NCBI RefSeq assembly: GCF_001997385.1
Contig: NZ_CP019633.1
Span: 2,490,001 to 2,522,000 of the forward strand
From: Sedimentisphaera cyanobacteriorum
Lineage (GTDB): Bacteria; Planctomycetota; Phycisphaerae; Sedimentisphaerales; Sedimentisphaeraceae
Reading direction: 5' to 3'
DNA: 32,000 bases
In this document: in pieces, positions 16,427 through 25,362 of the stretch
Layout of the letters: every line of letters starts with the position of its first letter
Numbering within the stretch: the first letter of the stretch is position 1
Position numbers and translations under genes: made by a program
Notes under the pieces: generated by a model
Seen by the model: only the letters and a program-made list of their open reading frames with translations
Told to the model about the DNA's origin: nothing
Database searches by the model: none

Positions 16427-18748
16427 TTACTCGGTTATTTTGTCAATGCTCAGGTCAAGCAGTTCAAAGTTTAGTGTGTTCTCCACTTCTATCTTGAGCT
16501 TATGCGAGCCCTTGCTCAAAAGCCCGCACTGGTCTTCGGTAAGCTGAACGCATGTTATGCGGGTTTCTCTCTTTTTATGCCTTGAAAGGTCGTCGTAAAC
16601 CAGATTATCATCGATATAAACCTTTAGATAGCCGTATTTGTCTCCCTGATGCTCGCTGCGCAGCTTAACATTGACAACCGCCTGCTTCGGCTTTTTATCA
16701 ACATCAAATCCGGTTGTGTAAACGGCAGAATCGCCTTTGGCAAGATTTTTGATCTCTTCTCTGCCTGCTGAAATAGGAAACTTAACTCTCCGGCCTTCAT
16801 ATCTCCACTCACTGCTGAAAGGCAAAAGAGCATGCCTTTGAGAAACGGGCTCATAAAGCACCTGATGGATCTGATTGAGCTTTTCGGGAGCTATCTTGCT
16901 TACTTTTCTGTCTAAAGTGAGCCATCCGTTCTGTTCGTGTCGCATATCGGTAAGCTGAGTGTAAACGGCGCCTGAAAGCCCGAAATAACGCTCTTTAGCA
17001 AGCGTTTCGATAAACCGCTGATAATGGGCTGCCATATTTTCCTGCGAGAAAAGAGGCCGCTTAATATCGGTTACAAAATCCCTGTCTGCTGCGTCAGTAT
17101 TAGATTGCATGCCGCCTCTTCGGTCTCTGCCTTCAACCTTGAAATCCGGATTCTCCGGCAGGGCAGGCTCGGGATACTGAACCCAGTTATGCCCTTTTAC
17201 AGGCACATTAAATCCGCCTATCTCTCCCATAACTACCGCTCTTTCAGGCTCTTCAGCCGGTATTGTAACCGCTGGGAAACGCGAATATTCGTGCAGATCT
17301 CTTATATCAGCGAGGTTGTCAATATCTGTCCATCCGCTCGCTGCGGAAACAAGATACTCCGGCGAAAGCATCATATCGGCCTTCTTTACTATCCTTTCAG
17401 TATCGTGCTGTCCCCAGCCTTCGTTAAACACAATCCATTTTAGGATTGAAGGATGAGTGTTCAGCGAGTCAACAAGCTCTTCCTGCTCGCTGAACCATCG
17501 CCTGCTCTCTTTTGAATCTATTTTCCGCTTGGGGAAAGGCTTATTGCATACAAAATCCTGCCATACGATAAGCCCGAGCCGGTCGCAGTGGTAGTACCAG
17601 CGGGAAGGATTTCGCTTGATATGCAGGCGTACCATATTGCAGCCAACCTGCTTGAGGTATTCAAGCTCAAAAACCATCGCCTCTTCCGCTGGAGGCGTTA
17701 ATACGCTTCTGGGCCAGTAGCTCTGGTCTAAAGGGCCGAACTGGAAGAGCGGCTTGCCGTTCAGAAGTATTTGAGGGCCTTTTCGGGATGGGTCTATCGA
17801 CAAATCACGAAGGCCGCAGTAGCTGGTGAAACGGTCTATAACCTTATCGCCCCTTTTAAGAGCAACTTCAATATCGTAGAGGCAGGGATTGTCGGGAGAC
17901 CAGCCTTTGGGGCTGTCTATGTGCAGATCAATCTGCTTATCGGCAGGGGCTGTTTTCTCAGCTGCAAGCTTGCCGCTGTCGTAAATCTTCACTTCCGCCT
18001 CTGTTGTCCCGGCAGGGATCTCGGGAGCATCAATACATAAACTAATCGCAGATTTCTTTAAGCTTGCGCTGATGTCTAAATCTCTGGCAGCTCCCTGATT
18101 TACCGGCTCCATCCAAACTGTCTGCCAGATACCGCTGCTGTTGGGATAATTTGAGTTCCAGCGGTTTGGGTTGCCTTGCTTGCCGCAGCTTGTGAAATAT
18201 TCTTTGCCCGAATTGTCCCACACACGAACAACAAGCTCCTGACTGCCTTCAGGCTTCAGGAAGTTTGTAATATCAAAGGAAAAAGGCGAGTATCCTCCTC
18301 TGTGGATTCCGGCGAATTCCCCGTTCACGTAAACTGCTGTTTCCCAGTCTGAGGCCTGAAAATTAAGCCTTATTCGCCTGCCCTCCCAGCTGCTTGGCAC
18401 AGTAAAACTTCTCTTATACCACATCCAGTCGTCAAGGGTAATCTGCTTGTGTACGCCTGAAAGCTGAGATTCAAAGCAGAACGGAACGAGAATCTTTCCG
18501 TCCCACTCCTGCGGCTCTGATTTACCCTTTGGAGCTATCGCATAATCCCATTTTCCGTTGAGATTCTTCCATTCCTCACGCACAAGAGTTGGGCGGGGGT
18601 ATTCAGGAAGCGGATTGTTCTCGTTCACTTTGCTGTCCCAAGGCGTCTGAACGGGAGTTTTCATATCTGCCTTCGCAACCGGGTAGATATTAATAATAAA
18701 AGTAAGAATCAGAAGGTGAATCAAAACCTTAAACTTCGACATTATCAT
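16427..18748 (-). CDS. Glycoside hydrolase family 2 protein (beta-galactosidase/beta-mannosidase-like), secreted
   Basis: 773 aa. Signal peptide, then the GH2 sugar-binding N-domain signature (PLPEYPRPTLVREEWKNLNGKWDY). TIM-barrel region with NMVRLH and WIVFNEGWGQ (the acid/base Glu context). Confidence 0.85.
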   Translation of the reverse strand: MIMSKFKVLIHLLILTFIINIYPVAKADMKTPVQTPWDSKVNENNPLPEYPRPTLVREEWKNLNGKWDYAIAPKGKSEPQEWDGKILVPFCFESQLSGVHKQITLDDWMWYKRSFTVPSSWEGRRIRLNFQASDWETAVYVNGEFAGIHRGGYSPFSFDITNFLKPEGSQELVVRVWDNSGKEYFTSCGKQGNPNRWNSNYPNSSGIWQTVWMEPVNQGAARDLDISASLKKSAISLCIDAPEIPAGTTEAEVKIYDSGKLAAEKTAPADKQIDLHIDSPKGWSPDNPCLYDIEVALKRGDKVIDRFTSYCGLRDLSIDPSRKGPQILLNGKPLFQFGPLDQSYWPRSVLTPPAEEAMVFELEYLKQVGCNMVRLHIKRNPSRWYYHCDRLGLIVWQDFVCNKPFPKRKIDSKESRRWFSEQEELVDSLNTHPSILKWIVFNEGWGQHDTERIVKKADMMLSPEYLVSAASGWTDIDNLADIRDLHEYSRFPAVTIPAEEPERAVVMGEIGGFNVPVKGHNWVQYPEPALPENPDFKVEGRDRRGGMQSNTDAADRDFVTDIKRPLFSQENMAAHYQRFIETLAKERYFGLSGAVYTQLTDMRHEQNGWLTLDRKVSKIAPEKLNQIHQVLYEPVSQRHALLPFSSEWRYEGRRVKFPISAGREEIKNLAKGDSAVYTTGFDVDKKPKQAVVNVKLRSEHQGDKYGYLKVYIDDNLVYDDLSRHKKRETRITCVQLTEDQCGLLSKGSHKLKIEVENTLNFELLDLSIDKITE

Positions 18749-19137
18749 TTTCAGTCTCCTTTAATAATAAATTTGCTTGCTGTTTAATATCGTTCTGTCC
18801 TTTTTTTAACGTTTTATTTTATTTTTTTTGCAAAATAACATATTAACCAGCAAATTAGTCAGAGTGCAGATTTCAGAACATGGGTTTAACCGATTGATTT
18901 TCAATACAAAGCTGTTTTTCCAAAGGCTCATAACAAAATCGCTGATGTATGGGCGGAATGGCCGCTGCGTGCCCACTTATTCCGCCCGAATGCGGCGTGT
19001 GAAAGAGGGCAAATAAGTATTATCGCAGATTAGCGGTTAAACGACCTGGCAGGATTAACCGTATTGAAGTTAATTATCGACAGATTCTCGCGGATAGCAT
19101 CAGCGAAAATCTATGGACAGAAAATAATATTTTTCTA

Positions 19138-19165
19138 TTGAACATTTGTACAAATGCCTTAGTAT
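19138..19165 (+). promoter_or_regulatory. Putative arsR promoter with embedded perfect 14-bp palindrome (candidate ArsR operator)
   Basis: TTGAAC (19138-19143), 16-nt spacer, TAGTAT (19160-19165). The spacer contains the perfect palindrome CATTTGTACAAATG (19143-19156). It lies 35-60 nt upstream of the arsR start. Confidence 0.45.
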
Positions 19166-19200
19166 GTGAGTGAAATGTAACGCAGTAATGGAGATAGGTT

Positions 19201-19527
19201 TTGAAAACAGAGACAATGCAGCTTTATGAGCTGAAGGCCGAGATAATTCAGGCCGCCGCTCACCCGCTAAGGCTTGCGGTGATTGATTTTCTCGCAGGCG
19301 GGGAGCAGTGCGTATGCGATATCGCCTCTCATCTGGGGGCGAAGCGGTCTAATGTTTCAAGGCATCTTTCTATGATGGTAAGGGCAGGCGTGCTTGAGAG
19401 CCGTAAAGACGGGCTCAAAATGATGTACTCACTGAAAACGCCCTGTATTGTGAATTTCCTCGAATGCGTAGATCAGGCTCTCAGGGAGAGGATTCGGAGC
19501 CAGAGCACATTGCTCGAGAGAGAATAA
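19201..19527 (+). CDS. arsR: ArsR/SmtB family metalloregulatory transcriptional repressor
   Basis: wHTH with AAAHPLRLAVIDFLAGGEQCVCDIASHLGAKRSNVSRHLSMM. The CVCD motif corresponds to the As(III)-binding ELCVCDL site of ArsR. The start may be TTG 19201 (SD GGAGA) or ATG 19216. Confidence 0.85.
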   Translation: MKTETMQLYELKAEIIQAAAHPLRLAVIDFLAGGEQCVCDIASHLGAKRSNVSRHLSMMVRAGVLESRKDGLKMMYSLKTPCIVNFLECVDQALRERIRSQSTLLERE

Positions 19528-19573
19528 AAAATTTTAAGCGAATATGTGAGTATTTCGTTGCATAGTAACTTAT

Positions 19574-21067
19574 ATGAAAGGATCATTGCAGGCTATGGAT
19601 TGGGAAAATGAATGGAAAAAACTGGCAGCTATAATCGCTGTTTTTCTGGGCTGTTTTTATCTGCCGGTAGGCTGGGGACGTTTCGATAATGCAATAATGG
19701 AATCGCTTCATCTGGTTAAATGGTATGCCCGCGAACACGTTCTGTTATGCCTCGTTCCTGCGTTTTTCATAGCAGGGGCTGTTTCGGTATTTGTCAGTAA
19801 GGCTTCTGTGATGAAGTATCTCGGGGCAAAGGCCAATAAGATTCTCGCTTACGGCGTCGCCTCGGTATCGGGGATGATACTTGCGGTTTGCTCCTGTACA
19901 GTCCTGCCGTTATTCTCCGGCATATATCGTATGGGCGCTGGACTCGGCCCTGCAGTTGCGTTTCTCTATTCCGGCCCAGCAATAAACGTTCTGGCAGTAA
20001 TCCTCACAGCCCGCATCCTCGGCCTCGAACTCGGGATAGCCCGGGCAGTGGGGGCGGTAGTATTCAGCGTTGTTATCGGGCTGATAATGCATTTTATATA
20101 CCGCAAGGAAGAGCTCGAAAAGGCTGGAATGCAGGTGAATATGGGCGAGCCAGAAGTTTCCCGTCCGCTCTGGAAAAATGCTTTATTCTTTGCGGTTATG
20201 ATTGGAGTGCTTGTATTCGCAAACTGGGGCGCTCCGAATGATTTCCATTTCGAAACCGAAAGCGGCAAAACCTTCCGCGCAGCAGTGATAGAGTCCCCTG
20301 AGGATTCCGGCAGCGAAAACGGGGTTTACGTGCTTAAAATGCTCGGCGGGGAAGATGCCGGCGAGGAGGCTAAAATCAAGGCTGAGAATATTCTCAGCAA
20401 GGAAGCGCAAGCTGGCGCTTGGACTAGCATCTGGAAGCTTAAATGGGCGATTACTTCTATATTTGCAGCCGCATTGGCGGTAATACTTATTTTCTGGTTT
20501 ACAATTCCTGCGTGGAAAATTATAGTCGCAGCAGTGCCTGTTGTTATTCTTGCTTTTGCCCTCCCGATGGAAGGAATGATGGTGATGTTCCCGTTTGCCG
20601 CAGGTGTAATAGGCCTCTCATGGGCAGCAAGCACTGCAGAAGGCGAAGGGCAGGAGTGGTTCAGCTCTACATGGTCTTTTGCCAAACAGATTCTGCCTCT
20701 CTTGTTTTTCGGGGTGATTATCGCAGGCGCTCTTCTCGGCAGGCCGGGAAACGAAGGCCTTATACCCTCGGAATGGGTAGCTCGGGCAGTAGGCGGGAAT
20801 TCGCTCTCTGCAAATCTTTTCGCCTCGGTTGCCGGCGCATTTATGTATTTCGCCACGCTTACAGAGGTTCCGATTCTTCAAGGGCTTATCGGAGCAGGTA
20901 TGGGCAAGGGGCCGGCTCTGGCTCTGCTTCTTGCGGGCCCGGCTTTGAGCCTTCCGAATATGCTGGTGATTCGTTCGGTGATGGGAACACTGAAAACGAT
21001 TGTTTTTATAACGCTTGTGGTGGTGATGGCAGCGATTTCCGGAATTATTTTTGGAACTTTCTTTTAA
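19574..21067 (+). CDS. ArsP-type (COG0701/DUF318) permease, enlarged form with central hydrophilic insert
   Basis: 497 aa, polytopic. Conserved vicinal Cys pair in a TM segment (MILAVCSCTVLPLF) followed by GPAVAFLYSGPAINVLAV, as in ArsP_1 family permeases. The second conserved half reads AGAFMYFATLTEVPILQGLIGAGMGKGPALALLLAGPALSLP. Residues ~219-283 are acidic and soluble. Confidence 0.8.
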   Translation: MKGSLQAMDWENEWKKLAAIIAVFLGCFYLPVGWGRFDNAIMESLHLVKWYAREHVLLCLVPAFFIAGAVSVFVSKASVMKYLGAKANKILAYGVASVSGMILAVCSCTVLPLFSGIYRMGAGLGPAVAFLYSGPAINVLAVILTARILGLELGIARAVGAVVFSVVIGLIMHFIYRKEELEKAGMQVNMGEPEVSRPLWKNALFFAVMIGVLVFANWGAPNDFHFETESGKTFRAAVIESPEDSGSENGVYVLKMLGGEDAGEEAKIKAENILSKEAQAGAWTSIWKLKWAITSIFAAALAVILIFWFTIPAWKIIVAAVPVVILAFALPMEGMMVMFPFAAGVIGLSWAASTAEGEGQEWFSSTWSFAKQILPLLFFGVIIAGALLGRPGNEGLIPSEWVARAVGGNSLSANLFASVAGAFMYFATLTEVPILQGLIGAGMGKGPALALLLAGPALSLPNMLVIRSVMGTLKTIVFITLVVVMAAISGIIFGTFF

Positions 21068-21142
21068 AAATGCCGGCATTTAATTATCATATTACAAATT
21101 CGGCCATTTTTTTAATTAAAATTTTAAGGGCAGCAAGATCCG

Positions 21143-21940
21143 ATGTTTAACACTGCTGTAATAAAACTTGACCTCAAAGAGCCCGCAGAAAAACTGCTGG
21201 AGATGGCGGAATTTATGCAGCATTTCGGCACAAAGACCCTGCATATAATTTCGACAGCTGATAACCATGGAAACCGAAAGAGCATCAATGCGAAAACTGA
21301 AGAGGCGGCCGAGAAATTCCGCTCCCTCGGATACAGCTGCCAAGTGCATATCCGAAGGGGAAATCCTGCAACTCAAACGCTCAAACTCGCTGAGGAAATA
21401 AAAGCCGACTACATCGGCCTCTACTGGATTCCCGCGAGCGTAATACGAAGGGCTCTTCTGGGGAGCGTGGATGCTGAGATACTCTGGCGTTCGAGTATGC
21501 CTGTTTTTGTTTATAAAAGACGGCGATACCTTGAAAAGAAAAAGAAGCTGGAAAGCCTGCTTTATGCCACAGATTTTCAAGATACAGACAGCAAGGTTTT
21601 GCCGTATCTATGCCATCAGAAGAACCCGACTGTCAAACTGCATCTGCTGCATGTAGGCGAGCGTGCGCCGGATCCTTATGCAGAAAAGCAGAGGCGGGAG
21701 CTTGCGAAGAAGAACCTCTCACGTCTTGCGGAAAAATGCAGCACGGCTTTCGAATCTGTGGAGCAGATTGAAGTGGCGGGCTGGCCGAAAAGACGCATAC
21801 TCTTCCAGGCCTGGAGCAAAGATGTTGACTTAATCGTGCTGGGGCAGTCTGACAAGGCAAGCACCTTCGAAAAAATCCTCGGCTCCACTGCTGAGGCTGT
21901 GGTTCATAAATCAAGACGCAATACCCTGCTTATTCCGTAG
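21143..21940 (+). CDS. Universal stress protein family protein (two tandem USP domains)
   Basis: 265 aa. Each half ends with a USP-like motif (ADYIGLYWIPASVIRRALLGSVDAEILWRSSMPVFV, and VDLIVLGQSDKASTFEKILGSTAEAVVHKSRRNTLLIP). Confidence 0.85.
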   Translation: MFNTAVIKLDLKEPAEKLLEMAEFMQHFGTKTLHIISTADNHGNRKSINAKTEEAAEKFRSLGYSCQVHIRRGNPATQTLKLAEEIKADYIGLYWIPASVIRRALLGSVDAEILWRSSMPVFVYKRRRYLEKKKKLESLLYATDFQDTDSKVLPYLCHQKNPTVKLHLLHVGERAPDPYAEKQRRELAKKNLSRLAEKCSTAFESVEQIEVAGWPKRRILFQAWSKDVDLIVLGQSDKASTFEKILGSTAEAVVHKSRRNTLLIP

Positions 21941-21953
21941 ATGAGGTTTTAGA

Positions 21954-23495
21954 ATGCAGTTTGCAAAGAAGAATCTGGTTTTCATTGTCTCGCTTATCAG
22001 CGCTGGAATGCTGATTCTGGTCGGGGCATTCAACCCCAGCCTGCTCGACAAGGCATCCGAAACAATTTATCAGTCTATCATTGACAATTTCGGGTGGTCT
22101 TATCTTATAGCGGCATTTTTCTTCCTCGTCTTCAGTATATGTATTGCATTCAGCCGGTTTGGGGATATTAAGCTGGGCAGCGACTATGAAAAGCCGCAAT
22201 ACTCATACTTCGGCTGGTTCAGTATGCTTTTTGCAGCGGGTATGGGTATTGGTATTATCTTCTGGGGCGTAGCTGAGCCGCTGAGCCACTATCTCAACCC
22301 CCCAGACTACATCGATAAGCAGTCCGGAACAGCGGCAAATTTCGCCATGCAGTACAGCTTTTTCCACTGGGGACTTCAGCCATGGGCGGTGTATATCACG
22401 ATGAGCCTTTCCATAGCGTATTTTTCGTTTCGAAGGGGGATGCCCACGCTTATCTCGAGCTGCTTCTATCCGCTGATAGGCGAGCGGATTTACGGCACAC
22501 TCGGGTATCTGATCGACATACTTGCTGTTTTTGCAACGCTCTTCGGGATTGTAACCTCGCTCGGACTCGGAGCGATGCAGATAACAAGCGGGCTGGGCTC
22601 GGTGTTCGGATTTGCCGATTCATTCGGGATTACAGTAGTGATTATCGCAGCGGCAACAGTGCTTTTCCTTATATCGAGTATGACAGGGCTTGATAAGGGC
22701 ATACAGATACTGAGCAAAATGAATATCCTGCTTGCCATTGTGCTTCTGCTTTTTATGTTCATCGTTGGGCCGACGAGCTTTATAATGAACACTTTTACAA
22801 ATACTCTGGCAGATTATATGTCTAACCTGCTGGATATGAGCCTATCGACAAACCCCTTCACAAGCTATCAATGGACGCAGACATGGACAATTTTCTACTG
22901 GGCGTGGTGGATATCATGGTCTCCGTTTGTGGGGCTGTTTGTGGCGAGCATATCAAGAGGCAGGACAATACGGGAGTTTATCATAGGGGCTCTGCTAGTG
23001 CCGACAATCCTGAGCTTCGCATGGTTCAGCGTGTTTGGCGGATCTGCATTCAGCCTTGAACTGGGCGGGGCAGATATTGCTTCTGTTGTATCGGAGAACG
23101 TATCTGCGGGGCTTTTTGAAGTGTACAGTCACTTCCCGCTTACCGCAGGGCTCTCGCTGGTTACCGTTGCGCTGCTGGGGGTTTTCTTTGTAACCTCTGC
23201 TGATTCGGCTACCTATGTTTTGGCGATGATGACCTCTAACGGGAAACGTACTCCCTCGGCCGGCAAGAAGATTGTATGGGGGCTCACGGTTTCGCTTACA
23301 GCGGTAGTGCTGCTGAGCTCAGGCGGACTGCACGCCTTGCGGAAGATGTCTATCGCTGCCGCCCTTCCGTTTACTCTGATTATGCTGTTTATGAGCTGGA
23401 GCCTGCTGAAAGGCCTTAAATATGAATACAGCCAGAGAAACAGCGAGCATATCAAAAAACAAATCGCCCGCTCAAAAGGCGCTGATAAATCTTAA
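21954..23495 (+). CDS. BCCT family (betaine/carnitine/choline) transporter
   Basis: 513 aa, 12 TM. BCCT signatures: RFGDIKLGSDYEKPQYSYFGWFSMLFAAGMGIGIIFWGVAEPLSHY, and WTIFYWAWWISWSPFVGLFVASISRGRTIREF. SD GAGG precedes the start. Confidence 0.9.
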   Translation: MQFAKKNLVFIVSLISAGMLILVGAFNPSLLDKASETIYQSIIDNFGWSYLIAAFFFLVFSICIAFSRFGDIKLGSDYEKPQYSYFGWFSMLFAAGMGIGIIFWGVAEPLSHYLNPPDYIDKQSGTAANFAMQYSFFHWGLQPWAVYITMSLSIAYFSFRRGMPTLISSCFYPLIGERIYGTLGYLIDILAVFATLFGIVTSLGLGAMQITSGLGSVFGFADSFGITVVIIAAATVLFLISSMTGLDKGIQILSKMNILLAIVLLLFMFIVGPTSFIMNTFTNTLADYMSNLLDMSLSTNPFTSYQWTQTWTIFYWAWWISWSPFVGLFVASISRGRTIREFIIGALLVPTILSFAWFSVFGGSAFSLELGGADIASVVSENVSAGLFEVYSHFPLTAGLSLVTVALLGVFFVTSADSATYVLAMMTSNGKRTPSAGKKIVWGLTVSLTAVVLLSSGGLHALRKMSIAAALPFTLIMLFMSWSLLKGLKYEYSQRNSEHIKKQIARSKGADKS

Positions 23496-23555
23496 AAGCG
23501 CTAATACGGGCTTTTGAAAGCAGATTTTATAATCAGTTCATTAGGAGAATCAAAA

Positions 23556-23789
23556 ATGAAAAAGATTCAAATTTTAGGTACAGGCTGCCCAAAATGCAGA
23601 AAGCTTGCTGAAAACGCCGAAGCTGCCGCTAAGGAGCTTGGAATAGAATACGAAATCGAAAAGGTTACACAGCTCAACGATATTATGCAGATGGGTGTTA
23701 TGATGACGCCGGCCTTAGCGATTGACGGTGAAGTAAAGATAACCGGCAAGGCGGCTCCGCCTGATGATATCAAAGCGATGCTTGCCTGA
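23556..23789 (+). CDS. Thioredoxin_3 family small redox-active disulfide protein
   Basis: MKKIQILGTGCPKCRKLAENAE...TPALAIDGEV matches the 'redox-active disulfide protein 2' pattern (CPKC). ATG 23556 with SD AGGAGA is preferred over the upstream alternative start at 23514. Confidence 0.85.
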   Translation: MKKIQILGTGCPKCRKLAENAEAAAKELGIEYEIEKVTQLNDIMQMGVMMTPALAIDGEVKITGKAAPPDDIKAMLA

Positions 23790-23811
23790 GAACCATTTTT
23801 TACATTCAGTT

Positions 23812-25320
23812 CACAGCCATCCCATAAGTCCATAAATTTATCGTTGAGGGCTTGTTTATTGTATTAAAACGCCCTTTTCTTGAAGGATTTGAATTACCCC
23901 AGTTTGCATTTTTTTGCTTTTGTTCAATTGGCAGTTTTTTGCTCAATACTGCCCGCTCTCTTTTCACCTCTTTATTTTCGTAAAATCTTGCTACATATTA
24001 AAACCCGGCAAATAAGCCTGCTGAGGGCTGCCAACCATACGCGGTGAACCACGTGCTGTCCCACAGGCAGCCATAACGCTAAAAACATCCAGCCGGCTGA
24101 ATAATACACCCCTCAGTAAAGTAAACAATCGGCTGAATGCTCCTTTCCACTGACCGAGGAAACCTATATACCTTATTAAAATATAAGCCAGCATAGCCGT
24201 CCATACTTGCCATAGAATTGCTTTTTGGCTATGCCCTAGGAAATCGCTTAGCTGCAAAGTCTGTTTTATCTGCTTGAAAAACACCTCTATACCCCAGCGG
24301 CACTTATATAGGTCGCAAATACTGCTCGGCGCCCACTGCATATTGTTCGTGATAAATTTCATAAGCTTTTTCTCGCCGTTAATTTCCACATAAGCCTTAA
24401 CTAAACGGAGCTTCTTCGGGTATGCCTCGCGGCTTTTCGGCATTTCAAGTTCAATTAAAGCATCGTATTGGATATTACCTTTTGGTTCTGTATTCTGTTT
24501 AACAAAACGATATTTCATATTATCTTTGGCTCTGGTAACCCAGAATAATTCTCGCCTGTCAAGATCTGCTAGATGCTTAAAATCCACGTAAGCCTTGTCA
24601 AAAACCGCTATTTCGCCGCTTTTAAGGTCCTGACAGAGCTGATAAGCTTCTGTCGAATCATGGGTTGAGGCTTCTTTTACAATAGCAAATTGAGGCAGGA
24701 ACGTCTGGAGATTCAGCTGCATATGGCACTTTGCAGCCGCTTTTCGTCTGCGATGTTTAGCCCAGTCAATACAGTTGGCTACAAGCTGGATCGTGGTTGA
24801 GTCAACCGCATATATTGCTCTCTTAAAACGCCTCGGAAGGCCGGAATACTTATGGCCTCTCCCAAAATCAAGATGTTTGTTCTGGATATGGGACAGCACC
24901 TCCCAGAAGAGAGTCTCTGCCATAAGAGGATCTCGAACCCTGTTTGCATGAGAAAGCCCATTCCTGCTTGAAGGGGTTGCACGGCGGATAGGAGTCAAAG
25001 CTCCAGAATGATTACGCAATGTGTCGGAAACGTCGTTGAGCGAGAGACTGTGAGCAATCTGGACATGAAGCATAGATACAATGTGCGACCAGCAAGAAAA
25101 TGTTCGTGATTGCTTGTCAATACCGAAAGACCGAGACAATTTTGAAACAAGATGTGCAGGAATATGTTGGCATATTTGCTTAAGAATGCTATATTGATGT
25201 TTGGCGGGTGTCATGGGTTACTCCTAATTTGTTTAATTAGACTGAAAGAATTAGTGTAACTCATACCCCGCTGATTTTAAAGAAACATCTTGTATTTTGC
25301 TCTTCTATGGGATGGCTGTG
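23812..25320 (-). mobile_element. IS4-superfamily insertion sequence, intact (1509 bp)
   Basis: Perfect 15-bp terminal inverted repeats: CACAGCCATCCCATA (23812-23826) and its reverse complement TATGGGATGGCTGTG (25306-25320). They are flanked by a perfect 9-bp direct target-site duplication, CATTCAGTT (23803-23811 and 25321-25329). One transposase ORF lies inside. Confidence 0.9.
23991..25214 (-). CDS. IS4 family DDE transposase
   Basis: 407 aa. The N-terminal region resembles DUF4372-type IS4 transposases (HQYSILKQICQHIPAHLVSKL...FSCWSHIVSML). DDE_Tnp_1 core: AVDSTTIQL ... IAVFDKAYVDF ... YKCRWGIEVFFKQIKQ. Confidence 0.9.
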   Translation of the reverse strand: MTPAKHQYSILKQICQHIPAHLVSKLSRSFGIDKQSRTFSCWSHIVSMLHVQIAHSLSLNDVSDTLRNHSGALTPIRRATPSSRNGLSHANRVRDPLMAETLFWEVLSHIQNKHLDFGRGHKYSGLPRRFKRAIYAVDSTTIQLVANCIDWAKHRRRKAAAKCHMQLNLQTFLPQFAIVKEASTHDSTEAYQLCQDLKSGEIAVFDKAYVDFKHLADLDRRELFWVTRAKDNMKYRFVKQNTEPKGNIQYDALIELEMPKSREAYPKKLRLVKAYVEINGEKKLMKFITNNMQWAPSSICDLYKCRWGIEVFFKQIKQTLQLSDFLGHSQKAILWQVWTAMLAYILIRYIGFLGQWKGAFSRLFTLLRGVLFSRLDVFSVMAACGTARGSPRMVGSPQQAYLPGFNM

Positions 25321-25362
25321 CATTCAGTTTACAAAAATCACTCAGCAATTTAGGGGAAATTT

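Noticed and set aside
18828-19016. 62-aa ORF in the GH2/arsR intergenic region
   Set aside because: It has a non-ATG start and no SD, its translation looks like random sequence, and it overlaps the hairpin-rich segment, which is more likely RNA or regulatory.
19794-21150. Long overlapping ORFs in alternative frames of the permease gene (20443..21150, 235 aa; 20326..20856, 176 aa; 20618..21079, 153 aa; and others)
   Set aside because: Their Arg/Cys/Ser/Pro-rich low-complexity translations are typical of off-frame readings of a GC-rich membrane-protein gene. The permease frame has conserved ArsP_1 motifs throughout, so there is no evidence for overprinting.
21116-21914. Minus-strand ORFs (154, 93 and 70 aa) antisense to the USP gene
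   Set aside because: They are shadow ORFs. The USP frame shows the tandem-domain pattern and a sensible start.
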